DNA from: Minisyncoccia bacterium
GTDB taxonomy: Bacteria > Patescibacteriota > Minisyncoccia > Phycocordibacterales > UBA6065
Direction: 5' to 3'
Assembly: GCA_044233485.1 (NCBI GenBank)
Contig: JBIIJY010000001.1
Span: 16,701 to 80,700, forward strand
Length of the DNA: 64,000 bases
In this document: positions 37,935 to 48,563 of the stretch, one piece after another
Layout: the number at the start of each line of letters is the position of its first letter
Position numbering within the stretch: the stretch's first letter is position 1
Made by a program: the position numbers and the translations under genes
Notes under the pieces: model-generated
Database searches by the model: none
Told to the model about the DNA's origin: nothing
What the model saw: the letters and a program-made list of their open reading frames with translations, nothing else

Positions 37935-39035
37935 CTAGATCTTAAACTCCATCACATCTCCATCTTTCACAATATACTCTTTCCCTTCGGTACGGAGGAG
38001 GCCTTTTTCGCGAGCAGTGGCAAATGAGCCCGACTCGAGGAGCTTGTCCCACTCGATTACTTCAGCACGGACAAATTTCTCTTTGAAGTCTGTATGGATC
38101 GCCGTTCCCGCTTCTGGCGCTGTCCATCCACGACCAATCGTCCACGCGCGAGTCTCTTTTTCTCCCGTCGTGAAGTACGTAATCAGGTCAAGAATCTCGT
38201 ACCCTTTACGGATCAGTGTGTTGATACCAGAGTCGCCTGTAAATCCGAGTGAACTGCGCATCTCGTCTCGCTCAGTTCCCTCAAAAGCTGAAAGTTCTTG
38301 CTCAATTCCCGCATCCACCACAACGTAATCTGCGCCGATTTCTTTGATAAATGTAATGAGTTTTGTGTAGCGCTCGTCACCAGTCTCGTCGAGATTCACT
38401 CCGCCGGTCTTTTTGTTGAGCACATAGAGGAATTTTTTTGCCGTAAGGAGGTGTAGTGACTTCAAGAATGGCTTCTCAAATTCATCTGGTGTGACCGTAC
38501 CCGCAAGTTTACCTGCCAAGAGCGCTGTCTCGAGTCGCTTCAAAAGCCCTTCTTCGATCACCGCTTCTTTTTTACCCGCCTTTACTTCACGACCAATATT
38601 TGAGAGTCGTTTTGAAACTGTCTGAAGGTCAGCGAGCACAAGCTCGAGATTGATGACCTCGATATCTTTAATCGGGTCTATTTTGCCATCCACATGAATG
38701 ATGTTGTCGTCCTCGAAAATACGGACGACCTCAGCGATCGCATCGGTCTCACGAATATTTGAGAGGAACTGGTTTCCAAGTCCCTCCCCCTCTGAGGCAC
38801 CTTTCACCAGCCCAGCAATGTCGACGAACTCTACCGCTGCGGGGACGACTTTTTGAGTTTTAGAAAACTCTGCAAGCTTGGTGAGGCGATCATCAGGAAC
38901 AGCGACCACTCCCACTGAAGGATCAATCGTAGCGAAGGGATAGTTGGCGACAAGCACACTCTTGCGGGTAAGCGCATTAAAGAGTGTCGATTTACCGACA
39001 TTAGGGAGACCGACGATTCCAATTTTTAGTGACAT
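37935..39035 (-). CDS. ychF: Ribosome-binding ATPase YchF (Obg-family GTPase fold plus TGS domain).
   Basis: [19 protein letters not shown]-loop. C-terminal TGS-like [13 protein letters not shown]. Confidence 0.9.
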   Translation of the reverse strand: MSLKIGIVGLPNVGKSTLFNALTRKSVLVANYPFATIDPSVGVVAVPDDRLTKLAEFSKTQKVVPAAVEFVDIAGLVKGASEGEGLGNQFLSNIRETDAIAEVVRIFEDDNIIHVDGKIDPIKDIEVINLELVLADLQTVSKRLSNIGREVKAGKKEAVIEEGLLKRLETALLAGKLAGTVTPDEFEKPFLKSLHLLTAKKFLYVLNKKTGGVNLDETGDERYTKLITFIKEIGADYVVVDAGIEQELSAFEGTERDEMRSSLGFTGDSGINTLIRKGYEILDLITYFTTGEKETRAWTIGRGWTAPEAGTAIHTDFKEKFVRAEVIEWDKLLESGSFATAREKGLLRTEGKEYIVKDGDVMEFKI

Positions 39036-39104
39036 GACTAGACAACACTAGCAGAAAAATGTCGTTTTTGAAAGATAACTCCCGGCCATGGTACGCTACA
39101 GAGG

Positions 39105-39293
39105 ATGAGCTCTTCACTACGGTCATGGCTTTGTGCCGTGCAGATTCTGGGTATGCTCACACTTTGCGTTGTCTACTTCCTTCTCTTCATGGGCGGCACA
39201 GTCTTGTATACGCTTATTGCTTGGGGACGATTTAAGATTACCGGGGTTCAAAGCAAACCTCTCTTTCAGGTCTTGTTTCGCATGGTCTCCTGA
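39105..39293 (+). CDS. Possible small hydrophobic protein (62 aa, 2 TM).
   Basis: ORF followed by a plus-strand terminator at 39307-39345 (gcgctgcgac-cctcta-gtcgcagcgc followed by ttttt). The RBS is poor. Confidence 0.3.
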   Translation: MSSSLRSWLCAVQILGMLTLCVVYFLLFMGGTVLYTLIAWGRFKITGVQSKPLFQVLFRMVS

Positions 39294-39370
39294 CCCAACG
39301 ACGAGATACACCAAAGCGCTGCGACCCTCTAGTCGCAGCGCTTTTTCCATTACTACCCCTCACCCACACC

Positions 39371-39964
39371 CTAGCGCCCAGCCATTCCGAAACGACGAGC
39401 TTTTTCAATCCAACTCTTTTTGCGCGCCTCACCAGACCACTTCACACTACCAAACTTTGTCACTCGGCTTTTGACTCCAGAAAATCCCAGAATCGCATCA
39501 GCAAGAATCCGCGAGGTATCACCATACAAGAACCACAAGAAAAATGGATGAGTATCCGAGGTAATAAAAATCCGTGCCGAACGACCCTTCAGACGCGCAA
39601 TCCACGTAAACTTTCGCTTGAGGAAACTTCCCTCCTTGTGGAAATTGTAGGCAAAACCTGGAATCCAGAGACGATCAAAAAGACCTTTGACGAGTGCCGG
39701 CATTGATGACCACCAGGTAGGATATGAGATCACAATATGTTCTGCCCAATTAAAACTTTCTTTCAAAGCAACGAGGTCTGGCTCGAGAGCCTGTATCTCT
39801 CGGTAGGCCTTGCGCAAGATCGGGTCAAATGAGAGCTCACCGATATTGACTCGACGCACCTCATGGCCCGCTTCGCGCGCCCCTGCTTCATAGGCATCGA
39901 GCAGTGCGCCATTGAGCGAATCCTTGAGTGGATGCCCGAGGAGAATAAGTATTTTTTTTGACAT
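39371..39964 (-). CDS. Flavodoxin-like fold NAD(P)H-dependent oxidoreductase (NAD(P)H:quinone dehydrogenase / FMN reductase family).
   Basis: KKILILLGHPLKDSLNGALLDAY...HIVISYPTWWSSMPALVKGLFDRL matches the Flavodoxin_2 family. Confidence 0.8.
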   Translation of the reverse strand: MSKKILILLGHPLKDSLNGALLDAYEAGAREAGHEVRRVNIGELSFDPILRKAYREIQALEPDLVALKESFNWAEHIVISYPTWWSSMPALVKGLFDRLWIPGFAYNFHKEGSFLKRKFTWIARLKGRSARIFITSDTHPFFLWFLYGDTSRILADAILGFSGVKSRVTKFGSVKWSGEARKKSWIEKARRFGMAGR

Positions 39965-39969
39965 GAAGA

Positions 39970-40218
39970 TTATGAGCGTTTGAGGGCTTCGAGCTCACTT
40001 TTGTACTTGCGCATTACTTCCATCGAAACCGCCATCTGATTTTTGCCAGCTTTTACACCAGCTTCGATCTCTTTTGAGATTTTTGTAAAGAGTTCAGGAT
40101 TCTTCTCAATCATCTCGAGAAGCATCTCTTTCTGCTCGTCTGGAATATTCATTCCACTTTTCTTGAGCTGGTGGTCGATCATCTTTCGCATCAGTGCATT
40201 TTTGAGGTTTCCAAACAT
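39970..40218 (-). CDS. Hypothetical small helical protein (82 aa).
   Basis: ORF directly downstream of the LexA-box gene. No motif. Confidence 0.4.
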   Translation of the reverse strand: MFGNLKNALMRKMIDHQLKKSGMNIPDEQKEMLLEMIEKNPELFTKISKEIEAGVKAGKNQMAVSMEVMRKYKSELEALKRS

Positions 40219-40292
40219 GGTAGTTAACGATTATGAATATAGCACTAGTATACGAAGGGATAGGACTCAAAACAACTAGACAGGCAGTTCAC

Positions 40293-40499
40293 CTATCGGG
40301 CGAACCGTGAGGCCAACTTACCAAAGAAACCTGACGTAAATGGAGACTCTACTGAAATACTCTGGAGCTGTTTAAGTAAAAATCGGTGGCGCAGAGACTC
40401 TCGCTTGTATGACAAGCCTTTAAGTATTCGCAGGTCAATCTCACGGTTGAGTCTTTCGATTTCTTTGTTTAATTCGCGAGCGAGGGTGTGTTTACTCAT
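40293..40499 (-). CDS. Small protein (68 aa) of unknown function with a LexA box in its promoter. A putative SOS-induced gene.
   Basis: The promoter copies the lexA promoter architecture (-35 TTGTAC, LexA box, -10 TACACT), 36 bp upstream of the ATG. Confidence 0.45.
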   Translation of the reverse strand: MSKHTLARELNKEIERLNREIDLRILKGLSYKRESLRHRFLLKQLQSISVESPFTSGFFGKLASRFAR

Positions 40500-40534
40500 G
40501 ATGATTGTGTGTTACTGGTATGGATACAGTGTAG

Positions 40535-40550
40535 GTGAACGTTCGTTCAC
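40535..40550. promoter_or_regulatory. LexA (Cheo-type GAAC-N4-GTTC) operator.
   Basis: GTGAACGTTCGTTCAC lies between the -35 and -10. The extended flank, including gtgtggataag, is shared with 56301-56316. Confidence 0.6.
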
Positions 40551-40634
40551 GTACAAGTATTCGCTGTGGATAAGTAATAAAAAACCGCCCGCGACATCGC
40601 GCGGGCGGCACATTGCAAATTCCGATGACACCAC

Positions 40635-41093
40635 CTACTGATACCGTGACACTAAATTACCACGGACAAATCCCTCCACATCTACCATTGCATCCACACT
40701 CCTGGAATCGAACACCCTAACATTCACCGCTTCTTCTTCTCGGATGCCACAGTGCTGAATTTCTTCAGTAGTTCCAACGAAGGCGATAGAATCCTTTGGG
40801 TCAGCTTTTGAGCTAATGTCCCTCAGATTCCCCGAAGAGAAGAGCACATAGACACCCCACTTCGAGCGGAGCTTGTGGGCGAGTTTAACCCACGCATCCC
40901 TGTCTTGAACTTGGTTACTGACATGGAGTCGCAACCTTGGCATACTCAAGACTGCATGAGCGACTCTATCAGCAAGATCAGGTATCACGTGCCACATACG
41001 AGGGCCCATATGAGCACAGGTCAAAGCGTGTATTCGTTCAAACTTAGAAACGAAGGCTGACTTGATAATTGCGATTGGACTAGAAGCATCCAC
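40635..41093 (-). CDS. Hypothetical protein (152 aa).
   Basis: ORF with protein-like composition. No confident motif. Confidence 0.45.
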   Translation of the reverse strand: MDASSPIAIIKSAFVSKFERIHALTCAHMGPRMWHVIPDLADRVAHAVLSMPRLRLHVSNQVQDRDAWVKLAHKLRSKWGVYVLFSSGNLRDISSKADPKDSIAFVGTTEEIQHCGIREEEAVNVRVFDSRSVDAMVDVEGFVRGNLVSRYQ

Positions 41094-41220
41094 GGGTATT
41101 TTGGTCTTTCACATGCCGGATCAGACTCCACTTCTACAGGCGCACACTCATGCACCCAGACGAAATGAATACAATCCAGCTTCATATATAATTATACACT
41201 ATTTACAAAAATAGTCAATA

Positions 41221-42447
41221 CTACCCCTTCTTTTGTACCGCTTGCTCATAGGTACCAAGAGGTACTTCTCGTTCCCATTTTTTGACCGAATCAATCACCT
41301 TCCAACTTGCCAAGATCTCGGCTTTTGAAACTGCAGATGAGAAGTCTCCCTTGGACGCGGCGTGGTACATCTGGGCATATTCAGAGACAGCGGGCTTTGG
41401 GGTTGCCAGTGGAATCGTGACAATCTCTCCGTCGCCAAAAGTAATGACGCATTCCGAGACCGCCTCAGCAAAACCCTTTCCTGATTCAAGAACAAATTCA
41501 GTTCCGGCAAAACGCTTGAGCGCACTATGGAGGTGTAATTTAAAATAGGTCTCAGTATCACTTCCCGTTCCGTCAAAGTTTGTACACTCGTAGCCCGCGT
41601 ACTGAGAACGCGTATAGGCTGTCTTAATAGTCTTTTGAGTCAGTGGAATGAGCGATTCGAGAAAAGCTTCTCGACGCTTTTTGATATCTCGGGGGGTTTT
41701 GATGAACTGTGCACCAAACTGTGCACCGAGCTCAAGCAAATGATTTTGCCCAACGTCCTTAAGTGCACCAGCCGGGTTGTAAAATGTACACCGATTCCCC
41801 ACCACTGAATTCTCAAGTAATTTCAGATGAACTCGCACTGGCGTGCGTGTGTCAGGAATATACTGGGCAAGCGTCTGAGCACCTGGCTTAAAGAGATAGT
41901 GATCGACAAGAAAGAGTTGCTTCTCATCAAGAAAGCGCTCAAGCTTTAGAAACAATCTCTTACTCGTAATGAGATCGTCGCCGAATGGCTTTTCAAATAA
42001 CAGACAACAGCTCTCCGCTACTGTCGCGAGACCAGAGCTGAGTTCACGCCGAAGACCCTCGATGATTTCATCATATGAGCTGACTGGTAGAGCAATATGA
42101 AACAGTACCCGCTTTAAAGCTTTCTGATTTAAAAGAATCGTCTTTGAAAGTTCACTGAAGGTGTCGGGCTTTTCGAGTGGACCACGAACAAAGCGCCATG
42201 CATCGAGGTAGGCCTTCTCAGCCGTAGCTCCGATAAGCTCTCGTATATATTCCCGAGCCTGCTCATCACTCCAGTCTCGTCGGTGCACGCCAACAAAAAC
42301 CGGACTCTCGAGGGTTTTGGCGACGAAGTTCTCGTGAAGAGCTTTGATGAGCTTTTTTTGAGCAAGGTCACCGGTGAAGCCAAATAAGACGATTGTTGTC
42401 GACATGGGAGTAGGACTGTCAGTATATGATAATTTTTCCGAATACAA
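41221..42447 (-). CDS. zwf: Glucose-6-phosphate 1-dehydrogenase (short form).
   Basis: N-terminal NADP-binding motif FGFTGDLAQKKLIKAL (GxxGDLA). The LVDHYLFK segment resembles RIDHYLGK. Confidence 0.75.
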   Translation of the reverse strand: MYSEKLSYTDSPTPMSTTIVLFGFTGDLAQKKLIKALHENFVAKTLESPVFVGVHRRDWSDEQAREYIRELIGATAEKAYLDAWRFVRGPLEKPDTFSELSKTILLNQKALKRVLFHIALPVSSYDEIIEGLRRELSSGLATVAESCCLLFEKPFGDDLITSKRLFLKLERFLDEKQLFLVDHYLFKPGAQTLAQYIPDTRTPVRVHLKLLENSVVGNRCTFYNPAGALKDVGQNHLLELGAQFGAQFIKTPRDIKKRREAFLESLIPLTQKTIKTAYTRSQYAGYECTNFDGTGSDTETYFKLHLHSALKRFAGTEFVLESGKGFAEAVSECVITFGDGEIVTIPLATPKPAVSEYAQMYHAASKGDFSSAVSKAEILASWKVIDSVKKWEREVPLGTYEQAVQKKG

Positions 42448-42485
42448 AAAGCCGGCGCGACTGTAGGTCGCGCCGGTATAAAAAC

Positions 42486-43115
42486 TTACCTCACAAGTTG
42501 GAATTCGAGCAATTCTCCACGACTAGCCGCATGGAATAAATCACCTCGATGCACCAGAATGCCTACAGTATCCAGAAAACTAATCGTCCTGTTTATGAAG
42601 GCATCATGCCTTTCCAAAGCGTTTAAGCTTTCCCTCATTCCAGGAATTCTCCAATCGCCCGACTTTTTAAGAACTTCAATCTCCTGCTGGAGCCTCAAGC
42701 TTTCGTGAACCGCTATAGAGATACGGAGGACGACACTCCTTTCGTCTGGATCATCTCCAGCAATCTCACACATCTTTGACCAAGCTGAGTTAAACTCTTC
42801 AATCTTTGTTGAGGAGTTTTTTTCCTTATTGAAGAGCCAAAGAAGCAAGCATAGCCCACCGAACATGGTAACCACGATCGCAATCATCACGTTGCCAACA
42901 ACCATATAACGAACTTCACTACTGACTTCTGAAAAATACGAGTAGTGGACAACACTAGCAACAGAGAGTGAGAGTAACAAGTAGAATGCTTGATAGCACA
43001 TGCGGATCGCACGTTTCCACCGAGCAACTTCCCGCTCAATGGTCTCGAAGTTGATACCCGCAGACTTCGAGTAGACCGTTCGAAACCAATTTATGTTTGA
43101 TCTTGACCAATTCAC
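42486..43115 (-). CDS. Hypothetical membrane protein.
   Basis: 209 aa with two central hydrophobic helices. Confidence 0.45.
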   Translation of the reverse strand: MNWSRSNINWFRTVYSKSAGINFETIEREVARWKRAIRMCYQAFYLLLSLSVASVVHYSYFSEVSSEVRYMVVGNVMIAIVVTMFGGLCLLLWLFNKEKNSSTKIEEFNSAWSKMCEIAGDDPDERSVVLRISIAVHESLRLQQEIEVLKKSGDWRIPGMRESLNALERHDAFINRTISFLDTVGILVHRGDLFHAASRGELLEFQLVR

Positions 43116-43259
43116 GTTACTATCCTCTTTTTCAAATCAGGGGGTTTCAGCCCATTCTCAAAGACTTTCGGTCAAAGAGAATACTTCCTGCCATTTGAGA
43201 CATGTCGAGGTGCTCATATCTATGTATAGTATACTACACAAAAAGTAGTGTGTCAAACA

Positions 43260-44726
43260 CTACTTATGCTCACCTTTTGGGCGCATCAGAGGAAACAAGA
43301 CAATCTCACGTGCCGGACGGTCAGCGAGCATTGCAAAGAGTCGGTCACCATACGCAAAGCCAAATGTTGGCGGCATACCATGCTCGAGCATCTCGACGAA
43401 TTCCCATTCTGGCATCATCGCCTCACTGTCTCCTCCTTCGAGAAGTTTTTGCTGGGTCAAGAATCGTTCACGCTGATCAACTGGATCATTGAGCTCCGAG
43501 AAGCCATTGGTACACTCTGCTCCGGCGAGGATGAGCTGCACTCGCTCAGTCAGGAGTGGATTGTCTTGTTTTGCTTTTGAAAGTGGAGAGACGAGTTTTG
43601 GTACATCGACAAGCCAGACTGGGCCCGAGATTTGCTTTCGACAGTATTTCCAAAGCGTGTCGGTGAGGCGCTCACGATTCGTACCTTCGTATTTGACCCC
43701 AAGCTCAGTGAGCTTTGCCTCCATTGCCTCTGTGGTGGCCGTGAGCACGTCGATGCCAGTCTTTTCGAGTACAGTGTCGACATAGCCGATACGTGGCCAA
43801 GTACCTGCGAGTGAGAAGGTATGTCCACGAGTTGAAAAGTCGAGTGTGCCGAAAGTCTCCTGTGCCACAGTCTTGATCATTGCTTCAGTAAACGTAATAC
43901 CTTCGAGATAATCCATATAGGCACAGTAGAACTCGAGATTGGTGAACTCTTGTAGGTGCTCAGGACTTGAACCTTCATTTCGAAAGACTCGACCGATTTC
44001 AAATGTTCGAGGAAATCCTCCTGCCATCAGTCTCTTTTGCCATAGCTCTCCGACTGAAATACGCAAAAATACATCGAGATCATAGTCATTGTGATGAGTC
44101 TTGAACGGTGTCGCTTCCGCACCACCCGTTGTGAGCTCAAGCATCGGTGTCTCGACTTCGAGGAAACCAGCATCTTTCAAAATCCGTCGAGTTACTTCCC
44201 AGAACTTCGCTTTTTTGTAGAACAAATCTCGAACCTCAAAGTCAGTGAGCGTCTCGAGATATCGCTTTCGGTAGCGCTCTTCAACATCGACAAGGCCTGC
44301 CCATTTGTCTGGCAGTGGCGCGAGCGACTTCGTCGCCATTTGCCACTTCAAGGCCAGAATACTTGCCTGTCCTCGTTCAGTCGTAAAGGCTGTACCAGTC
44401 ACCGAGATGAAATCACCAATATCAACCGTCTCTCCAAAGAGGTTGAAATTTACCTCTTCCATCTGATCCTTCTTCAAGACTGCCTGAAATTTTTCGGTTC
44501 CGTCATACAAAACCACAAAAAGTATTGCTCCTTGGCCACGGATAGCGAGCACTCGACCAGCTACGGCAAATTGCTTTCCGCTTGTCGCGAGCTCAGCGTG
44601 AGTACGTGCGACTTGAGCGAGTGAAAAGTCACGGGGGACGCGGGCTGGATACGCCTCCATCCCTGCACGCTTGAGCACTTCAAGTTTATCGAGTCGGGCT
44701 TTTTTGAGTTCTTCGAGTGAGGCCAT
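43260..44726 (-). CDS. lysS: Lysyl-tRNA synthetase (class II).
   Basis: N-terminal OB fold. Class II motif 2 FEIGRVFRNEGSSPEHLQEFTNLEFYCAY. Confidence 0.9.
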   Translation of the reverse strand: MASLEELKKARLDKLEVLKRAGMEAYPARVPRDFSLAQVARTHAELATSGKQFAVAGRVLAIRGQGAILFVVLYDGTEKFQAVLKKDQMEEVNFNLFGETVDIGDFISVTGTAFTTERGQASILALKWQMATKSLAPLPDKWAGLVDVEERYRKRYLETLTDFEVRDLFYKKAKFWEVTRRILKDAGFLEVETPMLELTTGGAEATPFKTHHNDYDLDVFLRISVGELWQKRLMAGGFPRTFEIGRVFRNEGSSPEHLQEFTNLEFYCAYMDYLEGITFTEAMIKTVAQETFGTLDFSTRGHTFSLAGTWPRIGYVDTVLEKTGIDVLTATTEAMEAKLTELGVKYEGTNRERLTDTLWKYCRKQISGPVWLVDVPKLVSPLSKAKQDNPLLTERVQLILAGAECTNGFSELNDPVDQRERFLTQQKLLEGGDSEAMMPEWEFVEMLEHGMPPTFGFAYGDRLFAMLADRPAREIVLFPLMRPKGEHK

Positions 44727-44827
44727 GGTGATATGTATTATGAGATATGTCTATTGTATATGTATGTGTAGTAAAACGAAAGCGAGGCACCGGAGGTGCC
44801 TCGCTTTCAAAAAATAGCGCGTGACAC

Positions 44828-45295
44828 CTATTCAATACTGACAAGCTTATATGAAGTCTTACCAGCTGGAGTTTTGACTTCCACTGAATCCCCCTTCTTT
44901 TTACCCATAAGCGCTGCACCGATCGGTGAGTGATTTGAAAGCTGACCCTTGGTCATATCCGCTTCATCTGATCCGACGATTTTAAATTTCCGAGTTGCAG
45001 ACTCGCCAACTTTTTGAATGACAATAGTTGAACCCATACCCACAGAGTCTGTGTGTCGGTCTTTGACGATCTGAGCGTTCTTGAGCATTGACTCAAGTTT
45101 TGCAATACGCTCTTCCACGACTGCCTGCTGTTCACGGGCTTCTTGATATTCAGCATTCTCAGATAAGTCTCCGAGTGATTTAGCATACTGGAGTTTTTCT
45201 GCAATCTTCTTACGCTCTTCATGCTTGAGTTTCTCAAGTTCAAGAGTCAATTCATTAAACTTTTCTTGGGTAAGGAAATGCGCTTCGTCTGCCAT
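44828..45295 (-). CDS. greA: Transcription elongation factor GreA.
   Basis: Coiled-coil N-terminus with GDLSENAEY. C-terminal FKBP-like domain. Confidence 0.9.
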   Translation of the reverse strand: MADEAHFLTQEKFNELTLELEKLKHEERKKIAEKLQYAKSLGDLSENAEYQEAREQQAVVEERIAKLESMLKNAQIVKDRHTDSVGMGSTIVIQKVGESATRKFKIVGSDEADMTKGQLSNHSPIGAALMGKKKGDSVEVKTPAGKTSYKLVSIE

Positions 45296-45323
45296 ATGTT
45301 TATATTAGTAGGTGTATTATACC

Positions 45324-46391
45324 TTATTTTTTCTTTTTACTCAATAGATTCGTGAGCGTCCGTCTGAGCGAATCTCGTAGCGTGAACTGCAGTCGTCGGA
45401 GAAGAAAGATAGCGTAGTGCGGGTACCGGAGGACAATATCACCCGCGTGAGTGTGATAGAGCGCATATCCGCCAAATTTTTTCTTGAAATAGGTCAATGA
45501 TTCGTACTTTGAGCCGGGAGTCTCGTCGATCGCTCCGAAATTATACGCCGTGAGCCCGCGCCGATGACTTTCCTCGATAGCATTCCAGTGTGCAGCATAG
45601 GGTGGGTTTGCCTTGCGCTCACTTGAGTCAGAGCCACCAAAGACAAAATGTGCAACAGTACCAAAGATAAAATACAAATGTATGGTGTGCAGCGCCCCGT
45701 TGATGCGAGCCACTGAAAGGAATCCATTTCCAGGCAGAGTCTTGAAGATCGACTGATAATATTCTCGCGGGTGCAGGAGGAATCCGTTTCGCGCACCGGT
45801 TTCCGACATCAGACGATAGAAATCCTCAAAATACACCTCAAACTGATCGGTGATGATTTCGCTTTCTACACCATGACGGAGCGCGTTGCGTATCCCATAG
45901 CGAGTCTTCTCGTGAAGTGACTTAAAAATTTCTTCAGTTGACTTTGAGAGTGGAAGTAGCCACTCCGTTCGTGGTTGAAAGGCCGCCGAGAGGTACGTGA
46001 AAGCAGGCGGCACCAGAGTACCTGCTACTTGTTCTTGTTTTGATTCACCCGTGAGGTACGTACTGTCGATACGCGTAAAAAAGAGTCCAAGCGACTGTGC
46101 GCGACCGCGGAGGAACTTCACCACCTCACTCATATCAAGCGAAGAATCAAAAATCACTGGACCATAAGGTATGTACCCGTAGTTCCACTTCATAAACGGA
46201 AATACGATCAGTGCGCACACCGCCATGAGCGCTCCCTGCTCATTTGTCACACGATACACCTCTACCCTGCGACCTTGAGCCACCTGCCATGACAAGTAAA
46301 TATTACTTTGTAGAAATGGGAAAAGAGGTCGATCTTTGTACTCAGAGAGAGTCTCCAGTGGAATCTGTGTGAACTGATAGATAGTGCTCAT
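45324..46391 (-). CDS. FemAB-family peptidoglycan peptide-bridge aminoacyltransferase (aminoacyl-tRNA dependent).
   Basis: Size and the C-terminal region YNFGAIDETPGSKYESLTYFKKKFGG fit FemABX. It is adjacent to pbp2. Confidence 0.65.
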   Translation of the reverse strand: MSTIYQFTQIPLETLSEYKDRPLFPFLQSNIYLSWQVAQGRRVEVYRVTNEQGALMAVCALIVFPFMKWNYGYIPYGPVIFDSSLDMSEVVKFLRGRAQSLGLFFTRIDSTYLTGESKQEQVAGTLVPPAFTYLSAAFQPRTEWLLPLSKSTEEIFKSLHEKTRYGIRNALRHGVESEIITDQFEVYFEDFYRLMSETGARNGFLLHPREYYQSIFKTLPGNGFLSVARINGALHTIHLYFIFGTVAHFVFGGSDSSERKANPPYAAHWNAIEESHRRGLTAYNFGAIDETPGSKYESLTYFKKKFGGYALYHTHAGDIVLRYPHYAIFLLRRLQFTLRDSLRRTLTNLLSKKKK

Positions 46392-46396
46392 TGCTA

Positions 46397-48160
46397 TTAT
46401 TCTATCTCAACTCTGATTGGTTCGGTAATTGACGGAAGGATAATTGGCTTTGATGAAGTACTCTGAACTGGTACCACTTCAGTTTTGGGCTTAAGACCAA
46501 AATATGCCGGTCGATTCTCGTGGATCCATCGCACTGCCTGAATCATCACCGATACTGCTCCTCGATGGGTCGAGTCGGGCCCGCGTTCCATCATCACTAC
46601 GTAGGCATACTGTGGATTATCGTACGGGAAGTATCCTTCAATCCAGGTATTTACGAATCCTTTACGCACACCGACCTCAGCTGTACCCGTCTTACCGGCA
46701 ATTTTTACATATGGAACATTGAGTGATTTGGCTGAACCATCGGTGATTGTCATGCGCATACCCTCTCGAACAACTTGAAGGTATGCGGGAGTAAGGCCGA
46801 GATTTATATCAGCGCTTGTGTCGGTATCTCCGTAGATAAGTGTCGGGGCAACGAGCGTGCCACCATTGGCAATGGCACCAACTGCTCGTACTACTTGTAG
46901 CGGACTCACTTGAAAGCCGTACTGACCGATCGAAGTGAAATACGTATCACCAAGGCGCCACGGGTCATTGTTGAAATTTTTTGCCTTCCACGCCGGATCT
47001 GGCACCGTCCCACTCACCCCAGCGAAAAAACCTCCAGGAGCAACCGGACTACCGAAGCCAAATAGACGAAACGTCTGTGCAAGTTTGGTAATACCTAGAC
47101 CTTTCTGGTCTTCAAAACCTCCACCAATTTCATAAAAATAAACGTTAGATGAAACCGCTATCGCTCGTCGCATGTCTACCCAACCGTGCGCCTTCCAGTC
47201 GTTAAACACCGAAACTTGTCCGGGATTGTAAATGTTTGGTATTGAAATAGATCCAGTACTCAAAATAGCTTTCTCAGGCTTGATTATCTTCTCCACAAGT
47301 GCACCGTATGCGACGTAGGGCTTCATGATCGAACCAGGAGTAAATGCACCGTCAATAGCACGATTCAAGAAAGGCTTCAGCGGATCTGTGATGTATGAGC
47401 CAGTCGACGACGCGCGTCCCATCAAGACATTGGGATTGTATTCTGGGTAATTTGTCAGTGCGACTATCTCGCCAGTATGAATATTCATCAACACTGCCGA
47501 TCCTGAACGATACCCCACTTCAGTAGCGATTGAACGTATCGAGGTGTGGAGCATCGATGTTAGTTCTGCATCGAGAGAAAGTGTGAGTGTTTTTCCGTCT
47601 TGCGGGGGCTCGAGCCGTGACTCAGAGAGCTCTACGCCACGCGCATTCACTTCAACCACTTTTAACCCATCTCGCCCGGTGAGGAGCTGATTATATTCTT
47701 TTTCCACACCGTCGACACCCTCATACAGACTACGAAAATAATTACCCGCACTGTCTTTTGCCGGATAACGGACGAAACCAAGCACATGAGCTACGCCAGG
47801 GAGAGTTGTATATTCGCGACCGGCAAATTCCTCATCAGGAAGTGGGACGTTCCAAGCGAGACGAGTACCAAATCGATCAGTGATGATTCCTCGCTCGGCA
47901 AATACTTTTGTATGTTCGAGACGATTGTTTTCGCTACGCTCACGAAACTCTTCGCCACGATTGATCTGTAGATACCACAGCCGTATCACAAATACTGCCA
48001 CCAGCATACTCACTGCAAAAATAAGAGCACGGTATGAGAATTTCGATAGCGGCATATCGAAACGACCCTCGAGTTGATGCTCGTTTAAATTAGCGAGGTT
48101 TTTGGAATCAATTAACACCTCATCGGGGAATAAATCGACTTCGCGAGCACGTTTCTTCAT
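46397..48160 (-). CDS. mrdA: Penicillin-binding protein 2 (elongasome transpeptidase).
   Basis: N-terminal TM. GSIMKPY (SxxK), SSN and KTGTAE motifs. Downstream of mreBCD. Confidence 0.88.
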   Translation of the reverse strand: MKKRAREVDLFPDEVLIDSKNLANLNEHQLEGRFDMPLSKFSYRALIFAVSMLVAVFVIRLWYLQINRGEEFRERSENNRLEHTKVFAERGIITDRFGTRLAWNVPLPDEEFAGREYTTLPGVAHVLGFVRYPAKDSAGNYFRSLYEGVDGVEKEYNQLLTGRDGLKVVEVNARGVELSESRLEPPQDGKTLTLSLDAELTSMLHTSIRSIATEVGYRSGSAVLMNIHTGEIVALTNYPEYNPNVLMGRASSTGSYITDPLKPFLNRAIDGAFTPGSIMKPYVAYGALVEKIIKPEKAILSTGSISIPNIYNPGQVSVFNDWKAHGWVDMRRAIAVSSNVYFYEIGGGFEDQKGLGITKLAQTFRLFGFGSPVAPGGFFAGVSGTVPDPAWKAKNFNNDPWRLGDTYFTSIGQYGFQVSPLQVVRAVGAIANGGTLVAPTLIYGDTDTSADINLGLTPAYLQVVREGMRMTITDGSAKSLNVPYVKIAGKTGTAEVGVRKGFVNTWIEGYFPYDNPQYAYVVMMERGPDSTHRGAVSVMIQAVRWIHENRPAYFGLKPKTEVVPVQSTSSKPIILPSITEPIRVEIE

Positions 48161-48164
48161 ATCA

Positions 48165-48563
48165 CTAGTATCTCAAGTCTGCCTTTCGCAACACAAAGGA
48201 TTGTATCGAGAGTGCCACCACAAACAACACTGCCGCACTCAAGGTGAATATCCATCGCTCAAAGAAAGGATATGTTGCGGGTAGATAGAGCGAATCAAGT
48301 ATAAGCGAGATTATAAAAATCTCCACGTAGTAAGGGTGACGCATCAGGGCATAGAGGGCGCCACAGATGACTACCCACCACGGCAAGATAAACAAGGCTA
48401 TACAGAGGACGACGGTAGTGAGAACACGTTTAGCGACGAGTAGCATGAGTGGTCGTAGAATTACGTGTCGAAACGACGTCAACAAACGAAAGCTCAAGTA
48501 TGTTCTGATCTGGACGAACAGTGTAAGTAAAGACAGGATCAGTTGCTCGGCCACGCTTATCAA
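48165..48563 (-). CDS. mreD: Rod shape-determining protein MreD (start uncertain; the track ORF overlaps mreC by about 130 nt).
   Basis: Small polytopic membrane protein between mreC and pbp2. Confidence 0.5.
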   Translation of the reverse strand: MISVAEQLILSLLTLFVQIRTYLSFRLLTSFRHVILRPLMLLVAKRVLTTVVLCIALFILPWWVVICGALYALMRHPYYVEIFIISLILDSLYLPATYPFFERWIFTLSAAVLFVVALSIQSFVLRKADLRY

